Shown here: positions 27,789-37,174 of the stretch, one piece after another
How positions within the stretch are numbered: position 1 is the first letter of the stretch
How the letters are laid out: the number at the start of each line of letters is the position of its first letter
DNA from: Bacilli bacterium
GTDB taxonomy: Bacteria > Bacillota_I > Bacilli_A > RFN20 > CAG-826
DNA: 64,000 nt
Assembly (NCBI GenBank): GCA_041654855.1
Contig: JBAZCS010000001.1
Location: forward strand, 985-64,984
Direction: 5' to 3'
Made by a program: the position numbers and the translations under genes
The notes under the pieces: generated by a model
Seen by the model: the letters and a program-made list of their open reading frames with translations, nothing else
Told to the model about the DNA's origin: nothing
Databases searched by the model: none

Positions 27789-28555
27789 TTATTTAAGCGA
27801 ATAAAGGAAATATTACGACCAGTATGTTTACCTTTTTCATAATGGTAGAACCGGTCCTTATTTTCATAAGTGCAAATATTAGAAAAAGTGATGTTTTCGA
27901 AAGGAACACCAACTTCACGTAGTTGTAAAATATTTAGAAGTGGTAAATCAAGGAAATACTGCGGTAAAGTAGCTTTTACCGCTTTTTGGATTGGATTTCC
28001 TAACGCTGCTAATTCTTCAGCGCGTTTCTTTGTAATTACGCGATGAGAAAAAGATAAGCTTGGACCAATATTTACATAAATTTCTTCCGGCTTAACTCCT
28101 TCATCTTTTATAAGTTTTTTTACAAAGAGTCCGGAAATATTAGCAACACTACCAAGTTCACCAGCGTGAATAATGCCGACGATGTCATGGTTTGGAACAT
28201 AAACGAAAAGTGGTACACAATTAGCGTGATATATTGCTAAGGCAATACCCTTTTCTTTTGTGTATAAAGCATCCGCGTTTAAACCATCTTCAAAAGCGTG
28301 ATAACCTCGTCCAACATCGTCTTTTGTGACCTTTAATGTTATTTTAGAATGGTTTTGCGCGACAAAAACAGTGTTTGTCTCTAATAAGTTAATATCCTCC
28401 CGCTGAAAGAAGTGGTCGCGATTTTTCTTAACTATCTTTTTATCATCACCGACATGAAACGCTAAGTTAAGTGAAGCAAAATCACCAGTTGAAAATCCCC
28501 CTTCACGTGAAGTCGTAACAGCTAAAATATTTTTAAATTGTTCCCATTTATACAT
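27785..28555 (-). CDS. pgeF: YfiH/PgeF (DUF152, LACC1) family purine nucleoside enzyme / peptidoglycan editing factor.
   Basis: N-terminal TTSREGGFSTGDFASLNLAFHVGDD and conserved His/Cys positions. About 256 aa. Confidence 0.75.
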   Translation of the reverse strand: MYKWEQFKNILAVTTSREGGFSTGDFASLNLAFHVGDDKKIVKKNRDHFFQREDINLLETNTVFVAQNHSKITLKVTKDDVGRGYHAFEDGLNADALYTKEKGIALAIYHANCVPLFVYVPNHDIVGIIHAGELGSVANISGLFVKKLIKDEGVKPEEIYVNIGPSLSFSHRVITKKRAEELAALGNPIQKAVKATLPQYFLDLPLLNILQLREVGVPFENITFSNICTYENKDRFYHYEKGKHTGRNISFIRLNN

Positions 28556-28650
28556 AATATTCTTCCCCCTTTACATTATACCTAAAAGTTTTAAAAAATT
28601 GCTTATGTACCTTAATAATTACTTTGTAATATGTTATACTTATTTTTGTT

Positions 28651-29256
28651 ATGGACAGAAAAAATCTTTACGATTATCTAATGAAAATTCAAGCGATTAC
28701 AAAGATTGGTTTACTATATTCAAATGATCCGTATGCTTTACGAAATTACGAAGAATTACAAACACTTACTTTAACGATGCTTGAAGAACTCGAAGATGTT
28801 TCCTTGGAACGGAATAATTACTTTGAACGTGATGTTTATCCAACCCCCAATATTAGTATTCGCACGATTGTTTTTAATGACAATAATGAATTTCTAATGG
28901 TTAAAGAAGTAGTCGATGATAAATATAGTTTTCCTGGTGGATGGGTTGATATTTACGATACCCCAAGTGAAGCGGCGTTACGTGAAGTAAAAGAAGAAGC
29001 AGGGGCTGATATTGAGTTAACGGGTCTTGTTGCCGTATTAAGTCGAAATCCTTATAAAGGTGTTGTAGGAACCCCAAATTTTGTCGTTGTATTTAAAGGG
29101 AATTTTATTCGTTTCACTAATAATCATGATCATGAAATAAGTGATGTACGGTGGTTTAGTAAAGAAAATATTCCCGCTCTTTCCCATACAACAAATATTG
29201 GGGAAGTAAATAGAATTATTAATGCGGCCTTAAGTGGTGAAGTAATTTTTGATTAA
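28651..29256 (+). CDS. NUDIX hydrolase with an N-terminal NUDIX_N-like extension.
   Basis: Nudix box GGWVDIYDTPSEAALREVKEEAG (GX5EX7REUXEEXGU). Confidence 0.8.
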   Translation: MDRKNLYDYLMKIQAITKIGLLYSNDPYALRNYEELQTLTLTMLEELEDVSLERNNYFERDVYPTPNISIRTIVFNDNNEFLMVKEVVDDKYSFPGGWVDIYDTPSEAALREVKEEAGADIELTGLVAVLSRNPYKGVVGTPNFVVVFKGNFIRFTNNHDHEISDVRWFSKENIPALSHTTNIGEVNRIINAALSGEVIFD

Positions 29257-29324
29257 AGAACCCCTAAACTTTAAGCTAACATTTTAAAATGTTATAATAA
29301 ATACAACTGAAAAAGGAGAAATAT

Positions 29325-30035
29325 ATGGGAACACCTCACATTAACGCAAAAGATGGCGCTTTTGCAAAGACTGTTTTAATGCCAGGCGATCCAAAAAGAG
29401 CGGAATGGATTGCTAACACCTTTCTAACTGATGTAGAAAAAGTAACCGATGTCCGCAATATATGGGGCTATACCGGTTATTACAAAGGAAAACGCATTTC
29501 CGTTATGGCAAGTGGAATGGGTCATCCTTCCATCGGTATTTATAGCCATGAACTCTACACTGGTTACGGAGTAGAAACGATAATTCGGATTGGTACTTGT
29601 GGTTCTTACCAACCACATATTAAACTTTTTGATGTTATCGTCGCGATTGGTAGTTCAACCGATTCAAACTGGGCTGCGCAATTTAATTTACTAGGCGGAA
29701 CTTATAGCGCAATCGGTGACTTTGATATTGCTGTTAAAGCCCGGGATGAAGCTCGGCGTAAAGGAATTAATGTCCACGTTGGAAACATTTTAAGTGCTGA
29801 CGTCTTTTATGATGACGATAAAAACTCATGGAAGAAGTGGGCTCGACTCGGTGTTTTAGGGGTCGAAATGGAATCATACGCCCTTTATAGCACGGCCGCT
29901 AAACTTGGAAAAAAAGCCGCCTGCTTATTAACCGTTAGTGATAGTTTCACCGATCATTCCCGCATTGCCACCGTTGAAGAACGGCAAGTGGGTTTAACCC
30001 AAATGGTGGAAATTGCCTTAGAAATCGCAGAATAA
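29325..30035 (+). CDS. deoD: Purine nucleoside phosphorylase, DeoD type.
   Basis: MGTPHINAKDGAFAKTVLMPGDPKRAEWIA N-terminus and overall PNP-I family architecture. 236 aa. Confidence 0.9.
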   Translation: MGTPHINAKDGAFAKTVLMPGDPKRAEWIANTFLTDVEKVTDVRNIWGYTGYYKGKRISVMASGMGHPSIGIYSHELYTGYGVETIIRIGTCGSYQPHIKLFDVIVAIGSSTDSNWAAQFNLLGGTYSAIGDFDIAVKARDEARRKGINVHVGNILSADVFYDDDKNSWKKWARLGVLGVEMESYALYSTAAKLGKKAACLLTVSDSFTDHSRIATVEERQVGLTQMVEIALEIAE

Positions 30036-30694
30036 TGAATGTATTAGCCTTTGGAGTAACCGAATATATATTACTAGCAATCTCGCTAGTTGTAATCATT
30101 GCTTTGATTATTGCAGTGTTTTTATCGTTGCGGAAAAAGTTACTCCAAAGGTTTGCATTATTACATTATTTTTATCCAATAATCCGTAAAACCGCGGTAT
30201 ATCATGATTATTACCTTATTAATAAATTAGAGATTAAACTTAATAATCGGGAAAGTTTATATATTGATCACATTCTTTTTGGTAATAAATATATTTATGT
30301 TATTAACGATTATATTTATAAAGGAGTGTTATCTGGTAATCCGCAAGATTCGAAGTGGATTTTAAAAAATAAACAAGGGGATGAAGAGATTATCGATAGT
30401 CCATTTCTTAAAACGAAACATCTTGTGCAAAAGTTAAGTTTAAGAACCGGCATTGATCACAATACTTTTGTTGGCATCACCCTTGTCAGTGTTGATACAA
30501 AAATTACTGATTTAAATGTTAATGATAGTCAAAACTTTATCATTGATACACGTGACTTTATGAAACTTGTGTTAAAAATTGAGGGACGCGATATTGCCCC
30601 ACTTAACGCTGAAGAATTAAAAAAACGGGTCCATGAAATTGATGATTTAAACTTAAGACGAGAGAAAGGAAGCAAATGGCCCAAGAAAAAGTAA
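30035..30694 (+). CDS. NERD (nuclease-related domain) protein with an N-terminal TM helix.
   Basis: SLYIDHILFGNKYIYVIND block resembles the NERD core (DH...I.VIE.K). N-terminal hydrophobic segment. Basic C-terminus. Confidence 0.6.
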   Translation: MNVLAFGVTEYILLAISLVVIIALIIAVFLSLRKKLLQRFALLHYFYPIIRKTAVYHDYYLINKLEIKLNNRESLYIDHILFGNKYIYVINDYIYKGVLSGNPQDSKWILKNKQGDEEIIDSPFLKTKHLVQKLSLRTGIDHNTFVGITLVSVDTKITDLNVNDSQNFIIDTRDFMKLVLKIEGRDIAPLNAEELKKRVHEIDDLNLRREKGSKWPKKK

Positions 30695-31779
30695 CATTTG
30701 GTAGTGTATTTAAAACTCTATGGTCACAAAAGGGTAGAGTAAAAAACTATATTTTATTTACGCTTATTTTATTGGCGATTACTTTTGTCATGACTTATTT
30801 AAACTACACCGACTTCAGTATCATCGGTATTTTTGTGTTTATTATGATTTTAATGCCGCTCGTTGTTACTTTTACTGAATATAGCGCCCTTATTGAATCA
30901 GGCAATGAGTCACCGCGTAATTTTAAAGTCTATTATAATTTATTTAAAAATACATACCGCAGTGGCCGCATTAGTGTCTTTTTCTCATGGCGCACATTAT
31001 TAATTTACTTACTCTATGTTATTATTGTGTCATTTGTTTTCCTTTTGGGACTATATATGTTCATTTATTTTTATGATCAACCGTTTTTATCAAGTTTAAT
31101 GGACATCTTTACCCGCTTTCAAGCCGCTACATCACCTGAAGCATACGCAACGCTTGGTGATGAATTACTTGTGTTATTTCAAAAATATAACGATGCTCTT
31201 AATATCTTTAACCAACTATTAGTGATTGCCGGTATTATCTTTATTTTTAATCGTGGTGTCTTTCATGTTTATTTATCAATCTTTATTGAACATCGACCTT
31301 CGTATCGTTTTAAAGATTTGAAAATGCAGTTTCTTGGTAACAAAAAAGATCGACGCAAAATCTTTTTAATGCAGTCATTAATGGCGTTATTTTCGTTCGT
31401 GCTCTATACCTTATTATATATAGGCAGTTATTTCTTAATTAAAACACTTGCCCCAAGTGTCATGCTTTTCTTACAAGTTGAGCTTATTGCTCTCTTAGCG
31501 TTTGCCGTAATTTTACCGTTTACAACCCGCTTTTATTATTACTATTACCACGCCTTCATGGAACCTAAACGGGTGGAAATTTTAAAGTTCACGATCGAAG
31601 AACTTAAAGAAATTATTAAAAACCCCACCTTGCCACCTGAAGCAAGTAACTATATTAGTCAAATTTTAATGATGCGCCAAGATGAACTTAAAGCACGTCA
31701 AGAAATCCTTGAACCAAAAGTCGAAGAAGCGGAAAAAACTGAAGTAAACGCGGAAGACACTTCTGAAAAGAGCGAATAA
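30676..31779 (+). CDS. Hypothetical polytopic membrane protein with a charged C-terminal tail.
   Basis: At least 6 hydrophobic segments. C-terminal EE/KE-rich tail. No recognisable family. Confidence 0.55.
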   Translation: MAQEKVTFGSVFKTLWSQKGRVKNYILFTLILLAITFVMTYLNYTDFSIIGIFVFIMILMPLVVTFTEYSALIESGNESPRNFKVYYNLFKNTYRSGRISVFFSWRTLLIYLLYVIIVSFVFLLGLYMFIYFYDQPFLSSLMDIFTRFQAATSPEAYATLGDELLVLFQKYNDALNIFNQLLVIAGIIFIFNRGVFHVYLSIFIEHRPSYRFKDLKMQFLGNKKDRRKIFLMQSLMALFSFVLYTLLYIGSYFLIKTLAPSVMLFLQVELIALLAFAVILPFTTRFYYYYYHAFMEPKRVEILKFTIEELKEIIKNPTLPPEASNYISQILMMRQDELKARQEILEPKVEEAEKTEVNAEDTSEKSE

Positions 31780-32042
31780 CATTATCGTTTTCTCTATATT
31801 GAAAGAGCCATAAGTCGCTAAATATGCGATTTTTTCTATTGCTGATGACCCAAAAAAAGGGTGGAAACGCTTTCATGTTATTCATTTCTTGCAATGGCTC
31901 CTGTATATCAATATACTATTAATATATTTGGGGTAGTGTACGTCGAAAGAACTACAACCTCAATTAAGATAACTACTTTAGGCAATATGCGCTATATTGT
32001 TATAAGTAGTTGCGAACAATAATTCGAAAGGAGAAAAAAACT

Positions 32043-34532
32043 ATGAGAAAATCAAAATTATTGTTAACGGTTTTTGCTGGTGCGACATTTGCAATCGTAT
32101 TAAGCGGTTGTAAACCAAAACCAAAACCAGATACCTTTACGTATCGTAGTTATTCGTCTGCCCTAGCCTCAAACTGGAACCCACACAGTTGGGAAACAAA
32201 CGCTGATGACAGTGTACTTAGTTACTTATCAGAAGGTTTTGTCTCATTGGCCCCCCTTGATACCGAAAAAGGACACTACCAATGGGTCTATGACTTAGCT
32301 GAATCAATTACTGACGTTACAAGAACAAGTGCTGCTGCATTAGGAAAATATGTTTTTGATGGTGAAGAAGAAGCTAATGCTTATCTTGACAGTCTTGATG
32401 AAGATAACCCCGGCCAATATGTTTACCAAATTAAACTTAGAGAAAATTTAAAATGGCACGATGGTACTGTCATTAATGCGGATTCATTCATTGAATCAGG
32501 CAAACGGCTCTTAGATCCAGATATGATCAACTACCGGGCAAACCTCTATTACGACGGCAATAGCGCAATTGCTGGAGCAAAGAACTATGTATTTCAAGGT
32601 AGTAGAGCTTTCTTTGATAACTTAGCAAGCGGTGACCATAAAATTAAGGGCGATGATGACTTAAAATTAGAAGATGGAGTCTTTGTGCAAAAAGAAAATG
32701 GTTTAGGTATTTTTATTGCATTAAACCACAGCTTACAATATTTAGGCGGCTACACGTTAAAAGATTATGTTGACGCCTACGGGGCAGAAGCATTCGACAT
32801 GCCATCATGGGAAGCAGTTGTTGCTAAAGTCGAAACTGAAGGTGATGACGCTTATAAACTTAAGTTAACGGAAGAAAACTTAAATTTATTTAAAGCACTC
32901 CTTGATAACTCCGAACCATGGGGTGAAAGTGGTGCTGACTGGATTCACTATGCATATGTCGAAGAAGAGTTCCCAGAAGCAAGCTTTGATGAAGTTGGTC
33001 TTTATAAAGTTGATGATCTTACCTTTAACTATGTAATGGCCACACCACTTGTCGAATCAGAAGCGCTTGTTAGCTTTACTTCAAGTTGGTTAGTTCATGA
33101 AGAACTTTATGACGCAAACATCGACAAAACCGGTGAACTCGTTGTTACCAAATACGGTACCAACTTAAATAATACCGCTTCATACGGTCCATATGTTCTT
33201 AAAACTTTAGAAGCCAATAAACAAATGGTCTTTGAAAGAAACGAACACTGGCACGGTTATGAAAAAGTCGATGGACGCTTAACCTCCACTACACTCTTTG
33301 AAGTTAATGGACAAAAAGTGCCACAATATGCCCCTGACAAAATTGTTATCGACGTCTTAAGTGACGCCGCTGCAAAAGCACAATTCTTAGCGGGTAACCT
33401 TACCTCTTACTCACCAACTGCTTCAGAATTAAGTGATTACACCCTCTCTGATGCTTTATATCAAGTTGATGAAACATACACAATGTCCTTCTTCTTTAAC
33501 GCTAAGTTAGAAAATCTCCAACAAATGGACCAAAATGAAGGAAATATAAACAGTGTCGTCTTAAGCCATAAGAGCTTTAGAAAAGGTATGTCCTTAGGTA
33601 TTGACCGCGCTGAATTTGTTACAAAAACAGCCGCTTACAAACCAGCATACTCACTCTTTAATAGTCTTTACTACTATGATGTTTGGAACAACCCAGATTC
33701 AAGATACCGTGACTCAGAACCAGCAATGCAAGCTATTGTTGATCTCTATGGTGTTGAATACGGTGAAGGAAAACCATACGCGACCCTTAAGGAAGCTTAT
33801 GATTCCATCAATGGTTACAACTTAAGTGAAGCCAAGAGATTAATGAAAGAAGCGCACGACGCTTTAGTAGCCGACGGTATTTACACGAGCGGTGAAGAAA
33901 TTAAAATCCGTATCGCCTACGCCAAAGGCCCAATCCAAAGTGACGAACTCGCCCAAGTTGCCTTATTAAATAAATATATTAACGCGGCAATTGAAGGCAG
34001 TGGCTTTGGTAAAGTAACCTTTGAAGCAATCGGTAACTTAGAAGACCGCTATGGCGACGTACCAGCTGGCAAATTCGCTATTGGTTACGGTGCATGGGGT
34101 GGAGCGGCATTTTACCCATTCTCAAACATGGAAGTTTACGCCGACCCAGATAAATATGGCGTTAACGAAATTGGAATGTGGGATCCAAGAACGGAAACCT
34201 TAACTGTCGAATTCGATGACTTTGAAGATACAATGACATGGCAACAATGGTCAGGTGCTTTATCTGGTAGTGGAAAATATGTCAACGCACCAAACGAATT
34301 AAAACTCAAGATCTTGGCTTTCTTAGAAAGAGAATACCTTGATAAATTCTTCCGTATCCCATTAGCAACAGCAACTGCTTCATTCTTACTTGGTTTCCAA
34401 GTTAGCTATATCACAAACGAATACAACATTATGTATGGCTTCGGCGGATTACGCTTATTAAAATTCAATTATAGCGACGCTGCTTGGGCTGCCTTTGTTA
34501 AGCAAAACGGCGGACAAATCGACTACAAATAG
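32043..34532 (+). CDS. oppA: Oligopeptide ABC transporter substrate-binding lipoprotein (large Mollicute-type OppA, SBP family 5).
   Basis: GAAAGGAGAAAAAAACT RBS before ATG 32043. Signal peptide ending in the lipobox LSGC followed by KPKPKP. About 829 aa. Immediately upstream of oppBCDF. Confidence 0.75.
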   Translation: MRKSKLLLTVFAGATFAIVLSGCKPKPKPDTFTYRSYSSALASNWNPHSWETNADDSVLSYLSEGFVSLAPLDTEKGHYQWVYDLAESITDVTRTSAAALGKYVFDGEEEANAYLDSLDEDNPGQYVYQIKLRENLKWHDGTVINADSFIESGKRLLDPDMINYRANLYYDGNSAIAGAKNYVFQGSRAFFDNLASGDHKIKGDDDLKLEDGVFVQKENGLGIFIALNHSLQYLGGYTLKDYVDAYGAEAFDMPSWEAVVAKVETEGDDAYKLKLTEENLNLFKALLDNSEPWGESGADWIHYAYVEEEFPEASFDEVGLYKVDDLTFNYVMATPLVESEALVSFTSSWLVHEELYDANIDKTGELVVTKYGTNLNNTASYGPYVLKTLEANKQMVFERNEHWHGYEKVDGRLTSTTLFEVNGQKVPQYAPDKIVIDVLSDAAAKAQFLAGNLTSYSPTASELSDYTLSDALYQVDETYTMSFFFNAKLENLQQMDQNEGNINSVVLSHKSFRKGMSLGIDRAEFVTKTAAYKPAYSLFNSLYYYDVWNNPDSRYRDSEPAMQAIVDLYGVEYGEGKPYATLKEAYDSINGYNLSEAKRLMKEAHDALVADGIYTSGEEIKIRIAYAKGPIQSDELAQVALLNKYINAAIEGSGFGKVTFEAIGNLEDRYGDVPAGKFAIGYGAWGGAAFYPFSNMEVYADPDKYGVNEIGMWDPRTETLTVEFDDFEDTMTWQQWSGALSGSGKYVNAPNELKLKILAFLEREYLDKFFRIPLATATASFLLGFQVSYITNEYNIMYGFGGLRLLKFNYSDAAWAAFVKQNGGQIDYK

Positions 34533-34627
34533 TAGTTAGTTAAAAATAAAAACTTATTGACCATCAAACGCAACGTGAGCAATCGCGTTGCGTTTGCATG
34601 CAGTTATAGAAAAGAAGGAATTATGTA

Positions 34628-35590
34628 ATGGGAAAATATATTTTAAAGCGTTTGGGGTTATTGGTATTTACCTTTTTTGTCATTATAACGATAAGTTTTT
34701 TTCTTATCCGGCTCCTCCCCCAAGAGATGCCACTCGAACCAAACTTACAAGCGTTAATCAAAGCTCGGTGGGAAGCATTAGGTTACAATAAGCCAATTAT
34801 CGTGCAATATGGTATTTATTTAAGGAACATCTTTACCAAATTTGATTTTGGGACTTCATGGAAAATCGCGCTGACGACGCCAGCCGTTGAAGTTATGGGT
34901 TCGAGAATTTTACCAACTGTTATTGTTAACTTATACTCACTTATTTTATCAATCCCGGTTGGGATTTCACTAGGTATTTATGCCGCCATTAAGAAGAACA
35001 AGTGGCAAGATCACCTTATCTCAACCGTCGTTATTATCTTTGTTAGTGTACCGTCTTACGTTTACGCTTTCTTAGTGCAATACTTCTTTTACTTTAAATT
35101 ACGGTGGGTGCCGACAAACGTCATGTATTCACTTGCCGATGCCGGGGGAAGTTATTTCACTGCTAAAATGTTCTCGAGTTTAATTCTTCCGGTGCTAGCG
35201 TTATCCTTTGGTGAAATTGCTGGACTTACCCGTTTTACAAGAGCGGAGTTATCGGAAACATTAACATCAGAATATATGTTACTTGCCCGTACAAAAGGCT
35301 TAACAAGAGGGCAAGCAACGACCCGCCACGCTTTAAAAAATGCCATGGTACCAATCTTCCCGATGCTTATTGCGTCATTTATTGGTATTTTAGGCGGCTC
35401 AATGATTATTGAACAAATCTTCTCGATTCCGGGGGTTGGTTCACTTTATCTAATGTCAATAAATCAGCTTGACTACGATATCTTTATGTTAGAAACGGTA
35501 TTTTATACTTTTATTGGTCTAACGGCGGGCATTGTGGTTGATATTTCATACGGATTTATTGATCCACGTATTAAGATGGGGAAAAAGTAA
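34628..35590 (+). CDS. oppB: Oligopeptide ABC transporter permease OppB.
   Basis: Six-TM BPD_transp_1 permease with the EAA-like loop (FTRAELSETL...ARTKGL). Confidence 0.85.
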   Translation: MGKYILKRLGLLVFTFFVIITISFFLIRLLPQEMPLEPNLQALIKARWEALGYNKPIIVQYGIYLRNIFTKFDFGTSWKIALTTPAVEVMGSRILPTVIVNLYSLILSIPVGISLGIYAAIKKNKWQDHLISTVVIIFVSVPSYVYAFLVQYFFYFKLRWVPTNVMYSLADAGGSYFTAKMFSSLILPVLALSFGEIAGLTRFTRAELSETLTSEYMLLARTKGLTRGQATTRHALKNAMVPIFPMLIASFIGILGGSMIIEQIFSIPGVGSLYLMSINQLDYDIFMLETVFYTFIGLTAGIVVDISYGFIDPRIKMGKK

Positions 35591-35591
35591 T

Positions 35592-37172
35592 ATGAATAGT
35601 AATAAATTAACAAATAAGAATGTAAAGGATGAACGTTTCACCTTTGCTCATGAAAATATTAAATTACATGACCACAAACTAAAAACAAAAGCTCGTGGTT
35701 ATTTTGCGGATGCCTTTTTCCGTTTCACCCGTAATAAAGCAAGCGTTACTGCTTCAATTATTATTGGTTTGATCTTACTATTCGCTCTTTTTGTGCCGAT
35801 TTTAACTCCGACTTCGGTGCAAACGATTATGGACCCATATTATGCTAAAAAAGGACCACGCAACACTATTTTATATAATATTGGTGTCAATGGCTCGCAA
35901 TCCAAAGTTTTAACAAATCGTGTCCTTTATTATGAATTAGGAAAAGGGGTGGCCGCTGAATTTAGTGAAGAAAATCCGGTGGTGACAATTGAAGAATCAC
36001 GAAAATCAAAATATCAACCAGTTGTTAAATATGGCAAGGCCACTGAAGCAAATTATGGCGACTCTTCAGCGCGTTATAAAGCAGCGGTTGACCAATATTT
36101 AGCAGTTGGCTTTAAATACATTTCGATTGAACAAAGTCGCTATCTTGAAATGCGGGCTTGGGAAGAAGAAAAAAATCTTAAACTCTTTTATCCTTTAATC
36201 GCAAGTAATGAATGGACCTTTGGTGAAGGTTCGCCTGACGCTGCTAACTATTGGTATAAAGCAACAAACCGCAATGACCCCGTAAAAATTGTCGGTGGTC
36301 AAGCAGTGCCGATTCCTTACGCTCCCGATATGGTATTTGAAGATAATTATATGCGTGATGCATCTAATAACTTTGTCTATTATGTCCACACTGGTGGCGG
36401 TTCTTTTGAAACTGCACAATATAAAGTTCGGGTGCTCTATTATAATTACTATCAATACATTTATGGACGGGAACCAAATTATATCTTTGGTACTGATTCG
36501 CAAGGTTATTCAATGATTTACCGCCTATCAACCGGGGTGCGACTCTCACTCATTATTGCGGTGCTCGTTAGTACGATTAACTTCGTAATTGGTGCACTTT
36601 ATGGGGCCGTAGAAGGATATTACGGCGGAGCCACGGACTTAGTCATGGAACGGATTAGCGATATTTTAGCCGGTGTTCCCTTTGTTGTTACCGTTACGCT
36701 CTTCCAGCTGCACTTTGCGGCGAAGGTGGGATCTTTTGTCGGGCTGCTCTTTGCTTATGTTGCAACAGGGTGGCTAGGAACGGCCGCCTCAGTTAGAACG
36801 CAGTTTTACCGGTATAAAAACCAAGAATATGTCCTGGCGGCGCGAACGCTTGGGGCTTCCGATAACCGTATTATGTGGAAACATATTTTCCCTAATACAT
36901 TAGGAACGCTTATTACATCATCCGTACTCGTTATTCCTGGTGTTATATTCTCCGAAAGTATGCTTTCTTACTTAGGTATTATTAAAGTTGGCGGTGCGAC
37001 TACGACGTCTTTAGGGACATTACTTTCTGACGCGTCAGCGATTTGGACATCTTACCCATCGCTTATGATTTTCCCCGCCCTTATTATTTCGCTATTAATG
37101 ATTTCGTTTAACCTCTTTGGTAACGGTCTACGCGATGCATTTAATCCACAATTGAGAGGAAGTGACAGTTAA
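35592..37172 (+). CDS. oppC: Oligopeptide ABC transporter permease OppC with a long extracytoplasmic N-terminal extension.
   Basis: ATG 35592 lies 2 nt after the oppB stop. C-terminal permease domain with the ARTLGAS EAA motif. About 526 aa. Confidence 0.85.
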   Translation: MNSNKLTNKNVKDERFTFAHENIKLHDHKLKTKARGYFADAFFRFTRNKASVTASIIIGLILLFALFVPILTPTSVQTIMDPYYAKKGPRNTILYNIGVNGSQSKVLTNRVLYYELGKGVAAEFSEENPVVTIEESRKSKYQPVVKYGKATEANYGDSSARYKAAVDQYLAVGFKYISIEQSRYLEMRAWEEEKNLKLFYPLIASNEWTFGEGSPDAANYWYKATNRNDPVKIVGGQAVPIPYAPDMVFEDNYMRDASNNFVYYVHTGGGSFETAQYKVRVLYYNYYQYIYGREPNYIFGTDSQGYSMIYRLSTGVRLSLIIAVLVSTINFVIGALYGAVEGYYGGATDLVMERISDILAGVPFVVTVTLFQLHFAAKVGSFVGLLFAYVATGWLGTAASVRTQFYRYKNQEYVLAARTLGASDNRIMWKHIFPNTLGTLITSSVLVIPGVIFSESMLSYLGIIKVGGATTTSLGTLLSDASAIWTSYPSLMIFPALIISLLMISFNLFGNGLRDAFNPQLRGSDS

Positions 37173-37174
37173 TT

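Noticed and set aside
31780-32042. 263-nt leader upstream of oppA as a possible riboswitch or attenuator.
   Set aside because: No recognisable conserved riboswitch motifs or strong terminator/antiterminator pair seen by eye. Most likely it just houses the promoter. Left unassigned.
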